64,000 nucleotides of DNA, taken from positions 39,304-103,303 of IMG/VR virus record IMGVR_UViG_3300045988_148533, one strand, 5' to 3'. The notes under the pieces were generated by a model that was not told where the DNA came from, searched no databases, and saw only the letters and a list, made by a program, of their open reading frames with translations. The position numbers were made by a program, and so were the translations under genes. Of the stretch, positions 15,979-25,092 are shown in pieces. Position 1 is the first letter of the stretch, and the number at the start of each line of letters is the position of its first letter. Source of the DNA: a virus.

Positions 15979-16578
15979 CTATCTTCGGTTCATGTACTGC
16001 AAGTGCTCCTCCATCCAGCTGTTAATCCACCCTCCGGGATTGAGGCGGTGTATCCATCTGCGGTGCAGCGTATATATCTCCTTCAGGTTCTTAGTGTTTA
16101 TATCCGGCCATATATCAAAGTATATGGTGTCATAATGCTCGTCCTTGGGCGGCCTGTACTCCAGTATGTCTGCACACACTATTTTTATCGGCAGGTCGCT
16201 TAATTTCGGTCCTACAACGTCTATAACGTCCTGATACTTCTCATACACGGTTATTGACCTAACGTCACCGCTGTCAATCTTTTCCCTGAGTGCGTTGAGT
16301 ATCAGCCCAATACCCAGTCCGGCCACCATCACGTCACCGTAGGCGTGCTGCACAAAGGACTGATTGCTGCTGCGTTCCATGTCGGTGTCGCTCATGTACA
16401 ACTGACCGTTCACATATAATTTCACGTACTCTCCGGGGGACACGTTCATTCCCAGACAGCCGTTCAACAGGTTTCCAAAATTATACGCCTCAGCCTCCTG
16501 ATTAGAAATGGTGAATCTCTCTATGCGACACAGGCCCTGCTGCTCATTCTGTTTATACAGTTCTGCTACTCCTTCCAT
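15979..16578 (-). CDS. class I SAM-dependent methyltransferase / spermidine-synthase-like fold protein
   Basis: GDVMVAGLGIGLILNAL supplies the GxGxG motif I, followed by ITVYEKY and TIYFDIWPD. Confidence 0.45.
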   Translation of the reverse strand: MEGVAELYKQNEQQGLCRIERFTISNQEAEAYNFGNLLNGCLGMNVSPGEYVKLYVNGQLYMSDTDMERSSNQSFVQHAYGDVMVAGLGIGLILNALREKIDSGDVRSITVYEKYQDVIDVVGPKLSDLPIKIVCADILEYRPPKDEHYDTIYFDIWPDINTKNLKEIYTLHRRWIHRLNPGGWINSWMEEHLQYMNRR

Positions 16579-16586
16579 AGTCCCCC

Positions 16587-16913
16587 TTATCTCAACAGGT
16601 TTATAACATGGGAATTGACTGAACTGTTCTCCACTGCAACAATACCGCTGCCACAGCAGTTGAACCAGTAAATGCCGATGTATCCATCACCCTTCCACAG
16701 GCGATAGCTCGTACTCTTAGTAACCCACACCTCCCCGATGCCGAGGGTGTAGTCCAGATTGTCAGCGGTGCGTGTAGGCTTCTTGAACTTACTGTCGGGG
16801 TTTGTCTCCACACAGTCAGTGTAGGGGTTGATGTCGCTTATTTCCCTTACTACGAGGGCCTCTCCTGCCCTGTTGATGAATGCCTTTAATGTGCTTTTAG
16901 TAATCTTTTTCAT
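16587..16913 (-). CDS. hypothetical protein (start trimmed to MKKITKS)
   Basis: The ATG at 16911-16913 lies 25 nt downstream of the -7 box. Confidence 0.5.
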   Translation of the reverse strand: MKKITKSTLKAFINRAGEALVVREISDINPYTDCVETNPDSKFKKPTRTADNLDYTLGIGEVWVTKSTSYRLWKGDGYIGIYWFNCCGSGIVAVENSSVNSHVINLLR

Positions 16914-16924
16914 GGCTCTTTGTT

Positions 16925-16987
16925 TTTTGTTTACGATGCAAATATAGTCCATGATTTTGTAACCGCCAAGAAAAATCCTGAAATTTT
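16925..16987 (-). promoter_or_regulatory. phage promoter cassette copy
   Basis: The minus strand reads AAAAATTTCAGGATTTTTCTTGG-N19-TATATTTGCATCGTAAACAAAAAACA. It abuts the stop codon of the upstream gene. Confidence 0.7.
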
Positions 16988-17827
16988 TCAGGAAAACTTC
17001 ACATAATTTAAAATTGTTGTCTTAATCCCCATAATTTCAACATTTTTCTTTATTCTGGCCATCTTAATGTGCAGCTCATCACCCACCTTATAACCGTTAT
17101 CACAATGTGGGTAATTAGCTGTCTTACTACCAAAATCCATCCTAAACTCATTACCCCTGTCATCCACTGCCTTAATCTTACAGGTACAGGCGGATGCGTA
17201 TGGACTGTCAAGCAGTTCGTTTTTAACAATCTTAACGGATGTTATTCTTACACGTAAATCAAGAATTTTATCACCCTCAGCACCGATATACTCACTCCTG
17301 CTGTTAGCCTTATTTTTCTCTCTTTTTGCCGTAAAATAGGCCTCCACCTGATTGTCAATATTGGTGAAATTATTTATAATCCTTGCAGAGTTTGTCGTAA
17401 ATCTGTTCTTGCTTATGTAAATCAGATAGTTAATGTCCTTTTCAGCTACTTCAGAAATTTTTTCACCCTTGTATTTACCAAACTGAAAAATGTCTCCACT
17501 ATAATCATACTCCACAGTGGCTTCGTCATAAATTCTAAGCACCTTGCCGGAATTACCCATAAAATCCAATGCCTTTTCAACAGCTATATTAAAGTTGTTG
17601 GAAAGAGTGCGTATGTACCTGTATGGATTGTAAAGGGGCATATTTTTAATGTCCTTAGGATAATAGTACCGCCACAGAGTGAACATGGCCAACTTTTTAC
17701 CGACTGTTATAAAGAAATAGTCGTTATCGCTGATATTATCGGTTAGGGTTGAATTATACCTGTCAACCATTTCAAGCCCCTTTGTAGTGTCAATTTCCCT
17801 AAAACCCTTAGAAACTGCTGTATTCAT
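16988..17827 (-). CDS. hypothetical protein with FGKYKG...YL motif (DUF3820-like segment)
   Basis: 279-aa ORF that looks visibly AT-rich. It contains FQFGKYKGEKISEVAEKDINYLIY. Confidence 0.5.
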   Translation of the reverse strand: MNTAVSKGFREIDTTKGLEMVDRYNSTLTDNISDNDYFFITVGKKLAMFTLWRYYYPKDIKNMPLYNPYRYIRTLSNNFNIAVEKALDFMGNSGKVLRIYDEATVEYDYSGDIFQFGKYKGEKISEVAEKDINYLIYISKNRFTTNSARIINNFTNIDNQVEAYFTAKREKNKANSRSEYIGAEGDKILDLRVRITSVKIVKNELLDSPYASACTCKIKAVDDRGNEFRMDFGSKTANYPHCDNGYKVGDELHIKMARIKKNVEIMGIKTTILNYVKFS

Positions 17828-17839
17828 ATCATTACGTTT

Positions 17840-17901
17840 TGTTTACAGGCGCAAAATTGGGTTTTTAAGATTGGATATCCAAGAAAAATCTTGAAAATTT
17901 C
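17840..17901 (-). promoter_or_regulatory. phage promoter cassette copy (-7 box CAATTTTG variant)
   Basis: The minus strand reads GAAATTTTCAAGATTTTTCTTGG-N19-CAATTTTGCGCCTGTAAACAAAACG. Confidence 0.6.
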
Positions 17902-17915
17902 AATAAAAATCGTAA

Positions 17916-17936
17916 GGGCCGACCACTGGTCGACCC
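17916..17936 (-). terminator. intrinsic terminator after dps
   Basis: In minus sense, GGGTCGACC-AGT-GGTCGGCCC (one mismatch) is followed by TTACGATTTTTATTG. Confidence 0.6.
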
Positions 17937-18001
17937 CTAACTATGTAAACAAAACGAGTCATGAAAGGAGGAACCTCCTCTTAGACCCTCTATTAACGGT
18001 G

Positions 18002-18463
18002 CTACTCCGTTCGACTCCGAATCATCCACGCCTCCTTCTCCATCTCCACAAGAGTGTCCTCAAGCAGCGTTCTCGTACCTAAGTCGTCCTCAGGGAGCTG
18101 ACCGTGCACCATCTTAATGCCCCCTATCAGCGTCTTCCAGTCAGCGTGTACGGCCACCCATATCTCCTTTCCGGTGGGCACAGGGGCTGTTGCAGGCACT
18201 TCCTGAATGTGGTTGCGCTCAAGCATTTCTCTCATGCTGCTCACAGGGCGTCCATCCAGAACTCGTATGCGCTCGGCGAGAGCGTCAATGCGGTCATACT
18301 CCTTCTCGTAGAGCTCCTGAAGGTAGGCGTGATTGTTTCCGAACATCGTTCCCCTTACATTCCAGTGGTACTGCCACAGCTTCAGGAACATTGTAAAACT
18401 GTCGGCCAACAGGCCATTGAGCATCACTACCGTTCTGCTCTGATTGCTTTCATTGTTTTCCAT
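18002..18463 (-). CDS. dps: Dps / ferritin-like DNA-protection protein
   Basis: WQYHWNVRGTMFGNNHAYLQELYEKEYDRIDALAERIRVLDGRP matches the Dps ferroxidase-site helices. The protein is 153 aa. Confidence 0.8.
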   Translation of the reverse strand: MENNESNQSRTVVMLNGLLADSFTMFLKLWQYHWNVRGTMFGNNHAYLQELYEKEYDRIDALAERIRVLDGRPVSSMREMLERNHIQEVPATAPVPTGKEIWVAVHADWKTLIGGIKMVHGQLPEDDLGTRTLLEDTLVEMEKEAWMIRSRTE

Positions 18464-18465
18464 TT

Positions 18466-20046
18466 TTACTCCTCATTTTTATCGTTGTTACTGTCTTTCT
18501 TACGTGCCTCTCTGCGCTCCTTTCTGCGTGCAGCCACCCTCTCTCTGCGTGCCCTCTCGTCCTCCTGTGCCTTTGCATTCCGCAGTTTTTGCTTCTTTTC
18601 GTTCCTCCTGCGTCGTTCTGCCTCGTCCCTACGTACATTCACCTCGCCTGCCTCCTTCATCGCCTTATGACGAGCAATTGACTCTCCTATCGCCCCCTTA
18701 ATACGCATCCCCTTGGGCTGGGGATAATGCTTGTTAAGGGCATAGTCCACCTCGAACTCGTGCTTAGGGTCTGGGCCGTCACTGTCCACAGGTGTAAGGT
18801 CCTGATAGCCTTCCGACTCATCAAGCTCCGTAACATTACGGCTGTCCGGTGTAGTGGGGTTGGCTCGGTGTGTCTCTCTGGCTTTGCTTTCCTTGAGGCT
18901 TCGCAGACGCATTAGAATGTCCTTGCGGTGTGCCTCGGCCTGCTCGGCAGCAGTGGGGTCGGCTTCCTCCACAACCTCCGCAATAGGAGAAAACTCCTTT
19001 ATGAATTTCTTGCTGTTCTCCTTTATTTCCTCCCAGTTGTACGTCTTTATAAGCGCAGAGGGCAGGGTTACGCTCGTTTCGTCAAGGACATTGCCGTTAA
19101 ATCCGTTCATGCGGCTGTACCAGCTGCTCGCGAGCTGTCCTATCAGCACGGCTGGATTCAGTCCGGCCTTAGCTGCCGTCAGTCCTATCACGAGACTGTT
19201 GATGCTCAGGGTACGCATCACCTCCATGACGTTCGTCTCAGCGTGCAGGGTGGCATTAATGTCTATTCGGCCGTCAATAGTCATCTTTAGGTCATTGCCC
19301 TTCACCTCCTTGCGTGCCTGCTCCAGTATCCTGATTATCAGATTGCAGTAGTCAACATTGCTGCCTCCTGCCGCCTTGTTCTTAATCTCTATGTCCACAA
19401 GCATCTGGTTCAGCACCTCCAGACGGCCTGTCTCAGTGGCCACCCTGAAGTCCTTACTGTGCAGCACGTACTCCGCTCTACGCTTAGTGATAATATCACG
19501 ATTATCCACATAGAACTTCTTTAGCTCGTCCTCCGGCACCTTAATTCGGTACTCCTTCGCCATCACCTTGGCTACATCAGTAACGGTGTAGAACTTGCCG
19601 AACATCTCCAGTATAGGAGCGGTGTAGTCCACTATGTTTCGGGGCTTTCGACTGTTTATCCCCATTGCCTTATTCAGCGTCAGGACAGCATTCTGATACT
19701 CCCTGTCCAGTCTAAGGTACTGCATCCTGAGCGCATTTGCCCGACGCACGGCACTCATGTCACCGCCCTGAGTCTTTATGTAGGCGGTTACGTTCACCGT
19801 TGTCTGAAAGTCAATCGTAAGCGTGTGTTCCTGCTCCGTTCCGACCTGCACCTGCACCTCTCCATAGCGCACAGGGCTGAGGTCTCTTACCTCCTTGGCC
19901 CACTCCGCAGCTATCCACAGGTCCATGATATCGTCACTTGCATCCACTATGTAGTCGGGAGCCTGCTTACGCAGACGCTCCACGTCCTCCTCGGTTATCC
20001 TTCTGCTTACGTATCTCTTGGGTTTCTCTTCCTCTGCCATAGTCAT
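18466..20046 (-). CDS. hypothetical protein with extremely basic/charged C-terminal tail
   Basis: 526-aa ORF. The last ~60 aa read RRDEAERRRRNEKKQKLRNAKAQEDERARRERVAARRKERREARKKDSNNDKNEE. Confidence 0.6.
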   Translation of the reverse strand: MTMAEEEKPKRYVSRRITEEDVERLRKQAPDYIVDASDDIMDLWIAAEWAKEVRDLSPVRYGEVQVQVGTEQEHTLTIDFQTTVNVTAYIKTQGGDMSAVRRANALRMQYLRLDREYQNAVLTLNKAMGINSRKPRNIVDYTAPILEMFGKFYTVTDVAKVMAKEYRIKVPEDELKKFYVDNRDIITKRRAEYVLHSKDFRVATETGRLEVLNQMLVDIEIKNKAAGGSNVDYCNLIIRILEQARKEVKGNDLKMTIDGRIDINATLHAETNVMEVMRTLSINSLVIGLTAAKAGLNPAVLIGQLASSWYSRMNGFNGNVLDETSVTLPSALIKTYNWEEIKENSKKFIKEFSPIAEVVEEADPTAAEQAEAHRKDILMRLRSLKESKARETHRANPTTPDSRNVTELDESEGYQDLTPVDSDGPDPKHEFEVDYALNKHYPQPKGMRIKGAIGESIARHKAMKEAGEVNVRRDEAERRRRNEKKQKLRNAKAQEDERARRERVAARRKERREARKKDSNNDKNEE

Positions 20047-20477
20047 TCAAATGTTATCCCGCTGTACTTTCCACGCAGCACTACACCGCAGCAGTCCTTC
20101 ATTTCAAGCACAGCGACATATTTTCCAGTGTTATAGTGTATTCTACCGTACTCAGACAGCACCCCCTCAGCCTCCTCACGACTGTTCGCACGTACAATCA
20201 CCTCCACCGCTGCACCCTTGGGAGAAGTATTCACATAGCCTCGGTAGTATCCGTAGCCGTCCTCCATGTCGGCCAGAGGCAGTCCAGCAACGTCCGTGAA
20301 TTTAGTAGGGGTAAAGGAATCAGGGGTGGCGTCAGCATGGGGTATTGCAGTACCCATTTCAGCTGCCATTGACACAAAGCGACCCCACAGTCGGCAGGCA
20401 TCCTCAGGGGTGGAGGCCTCAACGTACCACCACCCCTCGGGATTCAAAAATGTATAGAATGTTCTGCTGCTATTCAT
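20043..20477 (-). CDS. hypothetical protein (start trimmed to MNSSRTF)
   Basis: The ATG at 20475-20477 gives an 8-nt overlap with the upstream gene. Confidence 0.5.
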   Translation of the reverse strand: MNSSRTFYTFLNPEGWWYVEASTPEDACRLWGRFVSMAAEMGTAIPHADATPDSFTPTKFTDVAGLPLADMEDGYGYYRGYVNTSPKGAAVEVIVRANSREEAEGVLSEYGRIHYNTGKYVAVLEMKDCCGVVLRGKYSGITFE

Positions 20478-20691
20478 CGTCCTCAGTTCTTGGTCTCCGC
20501 TTGAACATCGTAACGTCCTCCACACCCACGTACCACCACTCCGTCCTCGTGCCTACCTTCAGTCGTGTGGGAACTTCCTGTCGTGGGGGGTATGTCTCCA
20601 GCACCACTCCGAGAGTATTCTCGGCAAAGTAGTGACCGCTGCCGTTGTGGCGTATGCGAACGATGTCCCCCTTGCGTATTATCTTCTTCAT
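20470..20691 (-). CDS. hypothetical small protein (SH3/KOW-like look)
   Basis: 73-aa ORF directly downstream of groEL. It begins KGDIVRIRHNGSGHYF. Confidence 0.45.
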   Translation of the reverse strand: MKKIIRKGDIVRIRHNGSGHYFAENTLGVVLETYPPRQEVPTRLKVGTRTEWWYVGVEDVTMFKRRPRTEDDE

Positions 20692-20694
20692 AGG

Positions 20695-22275
20695 TTACTT
20701 CTTTTCAGGTTCTATCGCTATTGCACAGGACGTTGTCAGAAACTGCATTGTGACGGACACGGCATTTTCAAGGGCCACCCTGAACACCTTTGCAGGGTCA
20801 ACGATGTTCTCGTCCTGCTCAAGGGTCTCATAGTTCAACCCCTTGTTCTCCTCGTTCATGGACATAACTATGTCATCCTCCGTAAGGGAGGCGTTCACTG
20901 CAAGCTGATGCAGTATGCCGTACACGGCCTCCATAACGGAGCGATATCCAGCAGTGAAGCTCTCATTCCAGCCACTGTCAATATTCCTGCGAAGCAGTCC
21001 ATACACAAGCAGCTGAATAACACCTCCTCCGGGAACAACCCCCTCAGCCACGGCAGCACGAACGGCTGCAACGGCATCGTCAACCCTGTCCTTGCGCTCG
21101 GCCATCTCAACCTCACTCCTTCCTCCTACCGCAATAGTGGCTGCACCGCCTGTGATGTTGGCTATTCTCTCACGACATTTCTCTTTATCGTAGGTAGAGG
21201 AGGCCGTCTCAGCCAGAGCCTCTATCTCGGCCACGGCCCTGTCAACCCTGTCAGCACTGCCACTACCGCCCACGATATTAGTGGAATTGACATTCACGAC
21301 AACCTTGTCAGCCTCGCCGAGGACGCTCATGTCAATGTTGTCAAGGGTGTACCCAGTGCCACTGCCTACCACGTCTCCTCCGGTGCGTGCAGCAAGGTCA
21401 CTGAGCAGGTCTTTCTGCATGGAGCCGTATCCGGGAGCCTTCACGAAGCACGCAGACAGACCGTTCTGCTGCCTTACATTTGCCACGATGAACTGCATTA
21501 CATCGGCACTTGCATCCGGAGCAACAATCAGGAGGGAACGCTTCTCGCTGTACACCGTCTGAACTGTCGGCAGGATAGACTGCACATAGTTTATCGGCTC
21601 ACTGCTTAATAGAATGTAGGGGTGATGCAGCACGCACTCCATTCTGTCACTGTTGGTTACAAAGTAGGCATTCGTCAACCCCTTGTTCCACTTAAATCCG
21701 TTGGTGACTGTAACAGTCACACCCTCATCGCTGCCCTCCTCAACGGTAATAACACCGTAGTCACCGACACGGAACAGGGCCTCAGCCACGGCAGCAGCAG
21801 CCTCCTCATCACCGTTGGTGCTTATAAGTGCAACGCTCCTGACGGCATCCACGTCGTCGCCTGCAAGGGGTCTGGCCATGCGCTTGATTTCCTCGACGGC
21901 AAGACTGAGGGCCTCCTGCATACCCTTGCGAAACTCCCTAACATTCAGCTTCTCTATCCCCATGGAAATGGCATTTCTAAGAATGCCGTCTGTCAGGATT
22001 GTGGCCGTAGTCGTTCCGTCTCCGGCATCATCACAGGTTCGGGCTGCTGCGAGCTTCAGCATGGTAGCACCCATTCTCCTAACAGGGTCTTCAGTGTCGT
22101 AGGCACGTGCAACGGTCACACCGTCCTTTGTGACATGGGGTATGCCGTACCCCTTGTCTATTATTACATTGTGGCCGTAAGGGCCGAGAGTTGAGCCGAC
22201 CGCCTTGGCGACCTCACTTACACCCTCATACAGGGCTGTAAGTGCCTCTCTGTCAAACAGAATCTTTACATTCAT
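20695..22275 (-). CDS. groEL: GroEL-family chaperonin (Cpn60)
   Basis: Blocks TLGPYGHNVII, VTKDGVTVA and AGDGTTTATILT. The protein is 526 aa and co-linear with bacterial GroEL. Confidence 0.9.
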   Translation of the reverse strand: MNVKILFDREALTALYEGVSEVAKAVGSTLGPYGHNVIIDKGYGIPHVTKDGVTVARAYDTEDPVRRMGATMLKLAAARTCDDAGDGTTTATILTDGILRNAISMGIEKLNVREFRKGMQEALSLAVEEIKRMARPLAGDDVDAVRSVALISTNGDEEAAAAVAEALFRVGDYGVITVEEGSDEGVTVTVTNGFKWNKGLTNAYFVTNSDRMECVLHHPYILLSSEPINYVQSILPTVQTVYSEKRSLLIVAPDASADVMQFIVANVRQQNGLSACFVKAPGYGSMQKDLLSDLAARTGGDVVGSGTGYTLDNIDMSVLGEADKVVVNVNSTNIVGGSGSADRVDRAVAEIEALAETASSTYDKEKCRERIANITGGAATIAVGGRSEVEMAERKDRVDDAVAAVRAAVAEGVVPGGGVIQLLVYGLLRRNIDSGWNESFTAGYRSVMEAVYGILHQLAVNASLTEDDIVMSMNEENKGLNYETLEQDENIVDPAKVFRVALENAVSVTMQFLTTSCAIAIEPEKK

Positions 22276-22309
22276 GGGCTTTAATGATTTTATAATGATG
22301 ATACAATAA

Positions 22310-22340
22310 ACGTCTCCCCATTTGGTGAACAGGGAGACGT
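22310..22340 (-). terminator. stem-loop between nrdJ and groEL
   Basis: ACGTCTCCC pairs with GGGAGACGT (9 bp) around a 13-nt loop. In minus sense it is followed by TTTATTGTATC. Confidence 0.5.
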
Positions 22341-22347
22341 CACTGCA

Positions 22348-24684
22348 TTATTTCCGCTTAAATTCAATTTCGCAGCTTCCGCCTGTGCAGGCCGAGGCCA
22401 CTTCACTGCCTGCCTCCCTGATTGGCTCGTCCCACTTAATGCTGCTGTAATCCACAGCCCTCATTCTACTTAGGACGCACCATCTGTGCAGAGCGTCCAC
22501 GTGCTTCAGACAATGACTGGTTTTAACCCTGTCACCTTCCATGTAGCGGTTAGCAAAATTGTTGAAGCGTCGTATCCAGTCCTTGCGCTTGGCTATCTTG
22601 TTGCGCAGATAGTCCAGCACGCAGTTGATGTCACTGAAGGACACACCGTCTATGCTCGCAATAAAGTGTCCATCTGTTATATTCTCCACAACAAAGGAGG
22701 CTATCTCCTCGTTTGTCATTTCAAGCAAGTTCTGCTTGCGCCCGAGGGCCACCTCACACGCCTCCCATATACTGCTGAATACCTCCAGCGCATCGACAAT
22801 CAGTCCGCTGCTTAGAATAGCTCCACTGCCGTATTCAGCAACAAGCTCTTCCTCCGAGAGCACCTCCATGAACGGAGCCTGTGGGTAGTCAAGGTCTCCA
22901 GTTGCAGGCAGGAGGCTGACACCGCTGAAATTGTTCCTGTTTTCCCATAGGAACTCTCTAACGTCACCCCATTCGCCCTCACGAACAACGCACGTATTTG
23001 AAACATTCATGCTTAGCTTAGGTGTGGCAAGGGTTGAGGGGTGCTCGGGGTTCCTACCGCAGTCTATCCAGTTGCGCTTGGTAAGCAGCACCACGTCCCT
23101 CAGGAACTGAACAGCAGTCAGATTCTTCTTAATAAGCGTATTTTCCGGCAGTGTTACAGGGAAGGATATCACCTTTTCCATCGTGGGGTTCCACACGCTC
23201 GGCTCAACCGCCTCGGGATTCACCCTTTCAAACTCCTGTAGACACTGCTCCGTGTCATTGGCCTGTATATGCCGTATGTAATGTCTGCTGTGTCCTGGAG
23301 TTATACCGCTTAAAGTACCCAACAGCTGACTGCTGTTTCCCGAGGGCTTCACGACTGTGCATCGTGCAGCCGGACTGATGTGCAGCAGCTTGGCCAGTGT
23401 CTCATTCGTCCTGCGCACTATCATCGCACCGTTGCTCTGTATGTCAGGATTCAGCAATATATCTGGGTTCTCACATATACCTGTTATCCCGACTCCTATC
23501 AGGGCATCTCTCCGTGCTATCCTCTCCGACCATTCGGTGAGCATAGGAGCAAAGTCGGTGTATCCAGCCTGAAGTGTGGCTATAATCGCAGCTGCCTCAC
23601 AGGCCAGATAGAAGTCGTTCTCAGTCTTGACCTTGCCACCGTTTATCTCCACTAAGTTGCAGAAGCCCCACCCACTGTGCCATTCACCACTATCATCCTG
23701 ATACTTAGGGAATAAGCCTACCTCTGCGCAGGGATTCAGGATAAAATCAGGACTTTCCAGAAATACAAATCCGGGCTCTCCGTATGCCTTTACACTCTCA
23801 AATATCCTGTCAAACTGTTCCTTAGGAGTGTCAGGCAGGATAACAGCGGAATTATTGCAGCGACACAGTTCTGGCATTGTCTCCATCCAATTGCCTGTCT
23901 TGCAGTTAGCCATCTCAGCATCGTCGGCATCGAATAAACTAATCATCGCACTACGACGCACCCCACCGCTGACAACGGCATTGGCACAGATGCACATTAT
24001 ATGGTGAACCTCAAAGGGCGTCAGCCTCCTGCCTCTAATTCCTCTCAGAACGGAGAAAATTTTATCCAGTGCTCTTTTCAGAGGTAAGTGTCCGGGAGCC
24101 CTGAAGCCTCCTCTTATATAAGCCCCTTTCGGGCGAATAAGAGAATAATCATAGTCAGGTACACCATAGCCGAAGAAAAAGCTCCTCATCATGGCATCCA
24201 CGGCCTCGGCCCACCCCTCTATTGTATCGGGTATTACAACCTTGCTCCTCTCGGACATATTGAATCCTACTGCAATAGGCAGCTTCTCAACGTGTCGCTT
24301 CTGCACGCTGTATCCAGTGCCTGCACCGCACAGCAGCAGATATGTCAGTTCCTTGAACACCTCCACTCTGTCCGCATAGGTTCCGGCACAGTTATACATT
24401 CGTGGGTGCTTCTCAAGCAGCAGCTCGCCTCCGTACTGAAGAGCTCTCTGCGCACCCAGAATTCTCTTTTCCATGTAGGCTGCTCCGGCCAGTGTCATGT
24501 AATTCTTAAGGTAGGTGATTTCCTTGGGGTCAAGACGCCTGCTGTAATATGCAAGGTGCATATCAAGCACCCTGCGAACAGCCTCCTGCCATGTTTCCTT
24601 TTTTCCAGTGTTCCTGTTGAATTTTGAATACTTGCTTAGGAAGACATACTGTCCTATTTCCCCTCTACTGTCAATTGGCTTCAT
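22348..24684 (-). CDS. nrdJ: class II (adenosylcobalamin-dependent) ribonucleotide reductase, RTPR-like
   Basis: - ILNPCAEVGL...GFCNLVEINGG is the thiyl-radical loop.
- The C-terminal cysteine pair is ACTGGSC.
- The protein is a single 778-aa chain, and no nrdB-like partner is present. Confidence 0.8.
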   Translation of the reverse strand: MKPIDSRGEIGQYVFLSKYSKFNRNTGKKETWQEAVRRVLDMHLAYYSRRLDPKEITYLKNYMTLAGAAYMEKRILGAQRALQYGGELLLEKHPRMYNCAGTYADRVEVFKELTYLLLCGAGTGYSVQKRHVEKLPIAVGFNMSERSKVVIPDTIEGWAEAVDAMMRSFFFGYGVPDYDYSLIRPKGAYIRGGFRAPGHLPLKRALDKIFSVLRGIRGRRLTPFEVHHIMCICANAVVSGGVRRSAMISLFDADDAEMANCKTGNWMETMPELCRCNNSAVILPDTPKEQFDRIFESVKAYGEPGFVFLESPDFILNPCAEVGLFPKYQDDSGEWHSGWGFCNLVEINGGKVKTENDFYLACEAAAIIATLQAGYTDFAPMLTEWSERIARRDALIGVGITGICENPDILLNPDIQSNGAMIVRRTNETLAKLLHISPAARCTVVKPSGNSSQLLGTLSGITPGHSRHYIRHIQANDTEQCLQEFERVNPEAVEPSVWNPTMEKVISFPVTLPENTLIKKNLTAVQFLRDVVLLTKRNWIDCGRNPEHPSTLATPKLSMNVSNTCVVREGEWGDVREFLWENRNNFSGVSLLPATGDLDYPQAPFMEVLSEEELVAEYGSGAILSSGLIVDALEVFSSIWEACEVALGRKQNLLEMTNEEIASFVVENITDGHFIASIDGVSFSDINCVLDYLRNKIAKRKDWIRRFNNFANRYMEGDRVKTSHCLKHVDALHRWCVLSRMRAVDYSSIKWDEPIREAGSEVASACTGGSCEIEFKRK

Positions 24685-24687
24685 AAA

Positions 24688-25068
24688 TTACTGTTTAATT
24701 GGTTCATTCTCATCTGCTTCAGCCGTAAGGACACAGCATGGAATCGGCCCACCGAGCGTCAAGGCTATGCCACGCCTCAGCTCATTCTTGCGTATTCGGC
24801 CGTATTTACTGATTAATTCCTCACAGGCGTCTGCAAATATAGCACTTTGCAACTGCAAAAACAACGGCATAGGTCTAAAGGGCTGCTTCTCATACGCGGC
24901 TTTTTGCCGAAGAACGTACTGTGTCTCAAAATGCGTCTCAAGTATCTCTCGTGTAGGGAGAAACCTGCGAATGGCAGTACACCTTTCCGCATTGACATAC
25001 ATATACCCCTGATGTCCACAGGGGAGCATGATATACAGCTTTACATGATGCTGCTGTGGCACGGCCAC
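24688..25068 (-). CDS. hypothetical protein
   Basis: 126-aa ORF. Confidence 0.45.
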   Translation of the reverse strand: MAVPQQHHVKLYIMLPCGHQGYMYVNAERCTAIRRFLPTREILETHFETQYVLRQKAAYEKQPFRPMPLFLQLQSAIFADACEELISKYGRIRKNELRRGIALTLGGPIPCCVLTAEADENEPIKQ

Positions 25069-25092
25069 TTTTCTTCTTTACTGCTTTCCATA

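Noticed and set aside
7568-17901. The recurrent ~60-bp repeat, considered as a CRISPR array or MITE family.
   Set aside because: The copies are kilobases apart at irregular spacing. Every copy has the same orientation and sits immediately upstream of an ATG, with -33/-7 promoter geometry. No terminal inverted repeats or target-site duplications are present.
17990-18030. A GTTCGACTCC tRNA T-arm-like string.
   Set aside because: It lies inside the 3-prime end of the dps ORF, and no acceptor, D or anticodon stems could be drawn. I found no tRNA anywhere in the window by eye.
20470-20691. The 73-aa gene next to groEL, considered as GroES.
   Set aside because: It is too short, lacks the GroES mobile-loop and roof motifs, and lies downstream of groEL rather than upstream.
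20632-21609. 325-aa plus-strand ORF (the longest plus-strand ORF in the track).
   Set aside because: It lies entirely antisense to the clearly recognisable groEL gene. Its composition is low-complexity and G/H/L-rich, typical of a shadow ORF.
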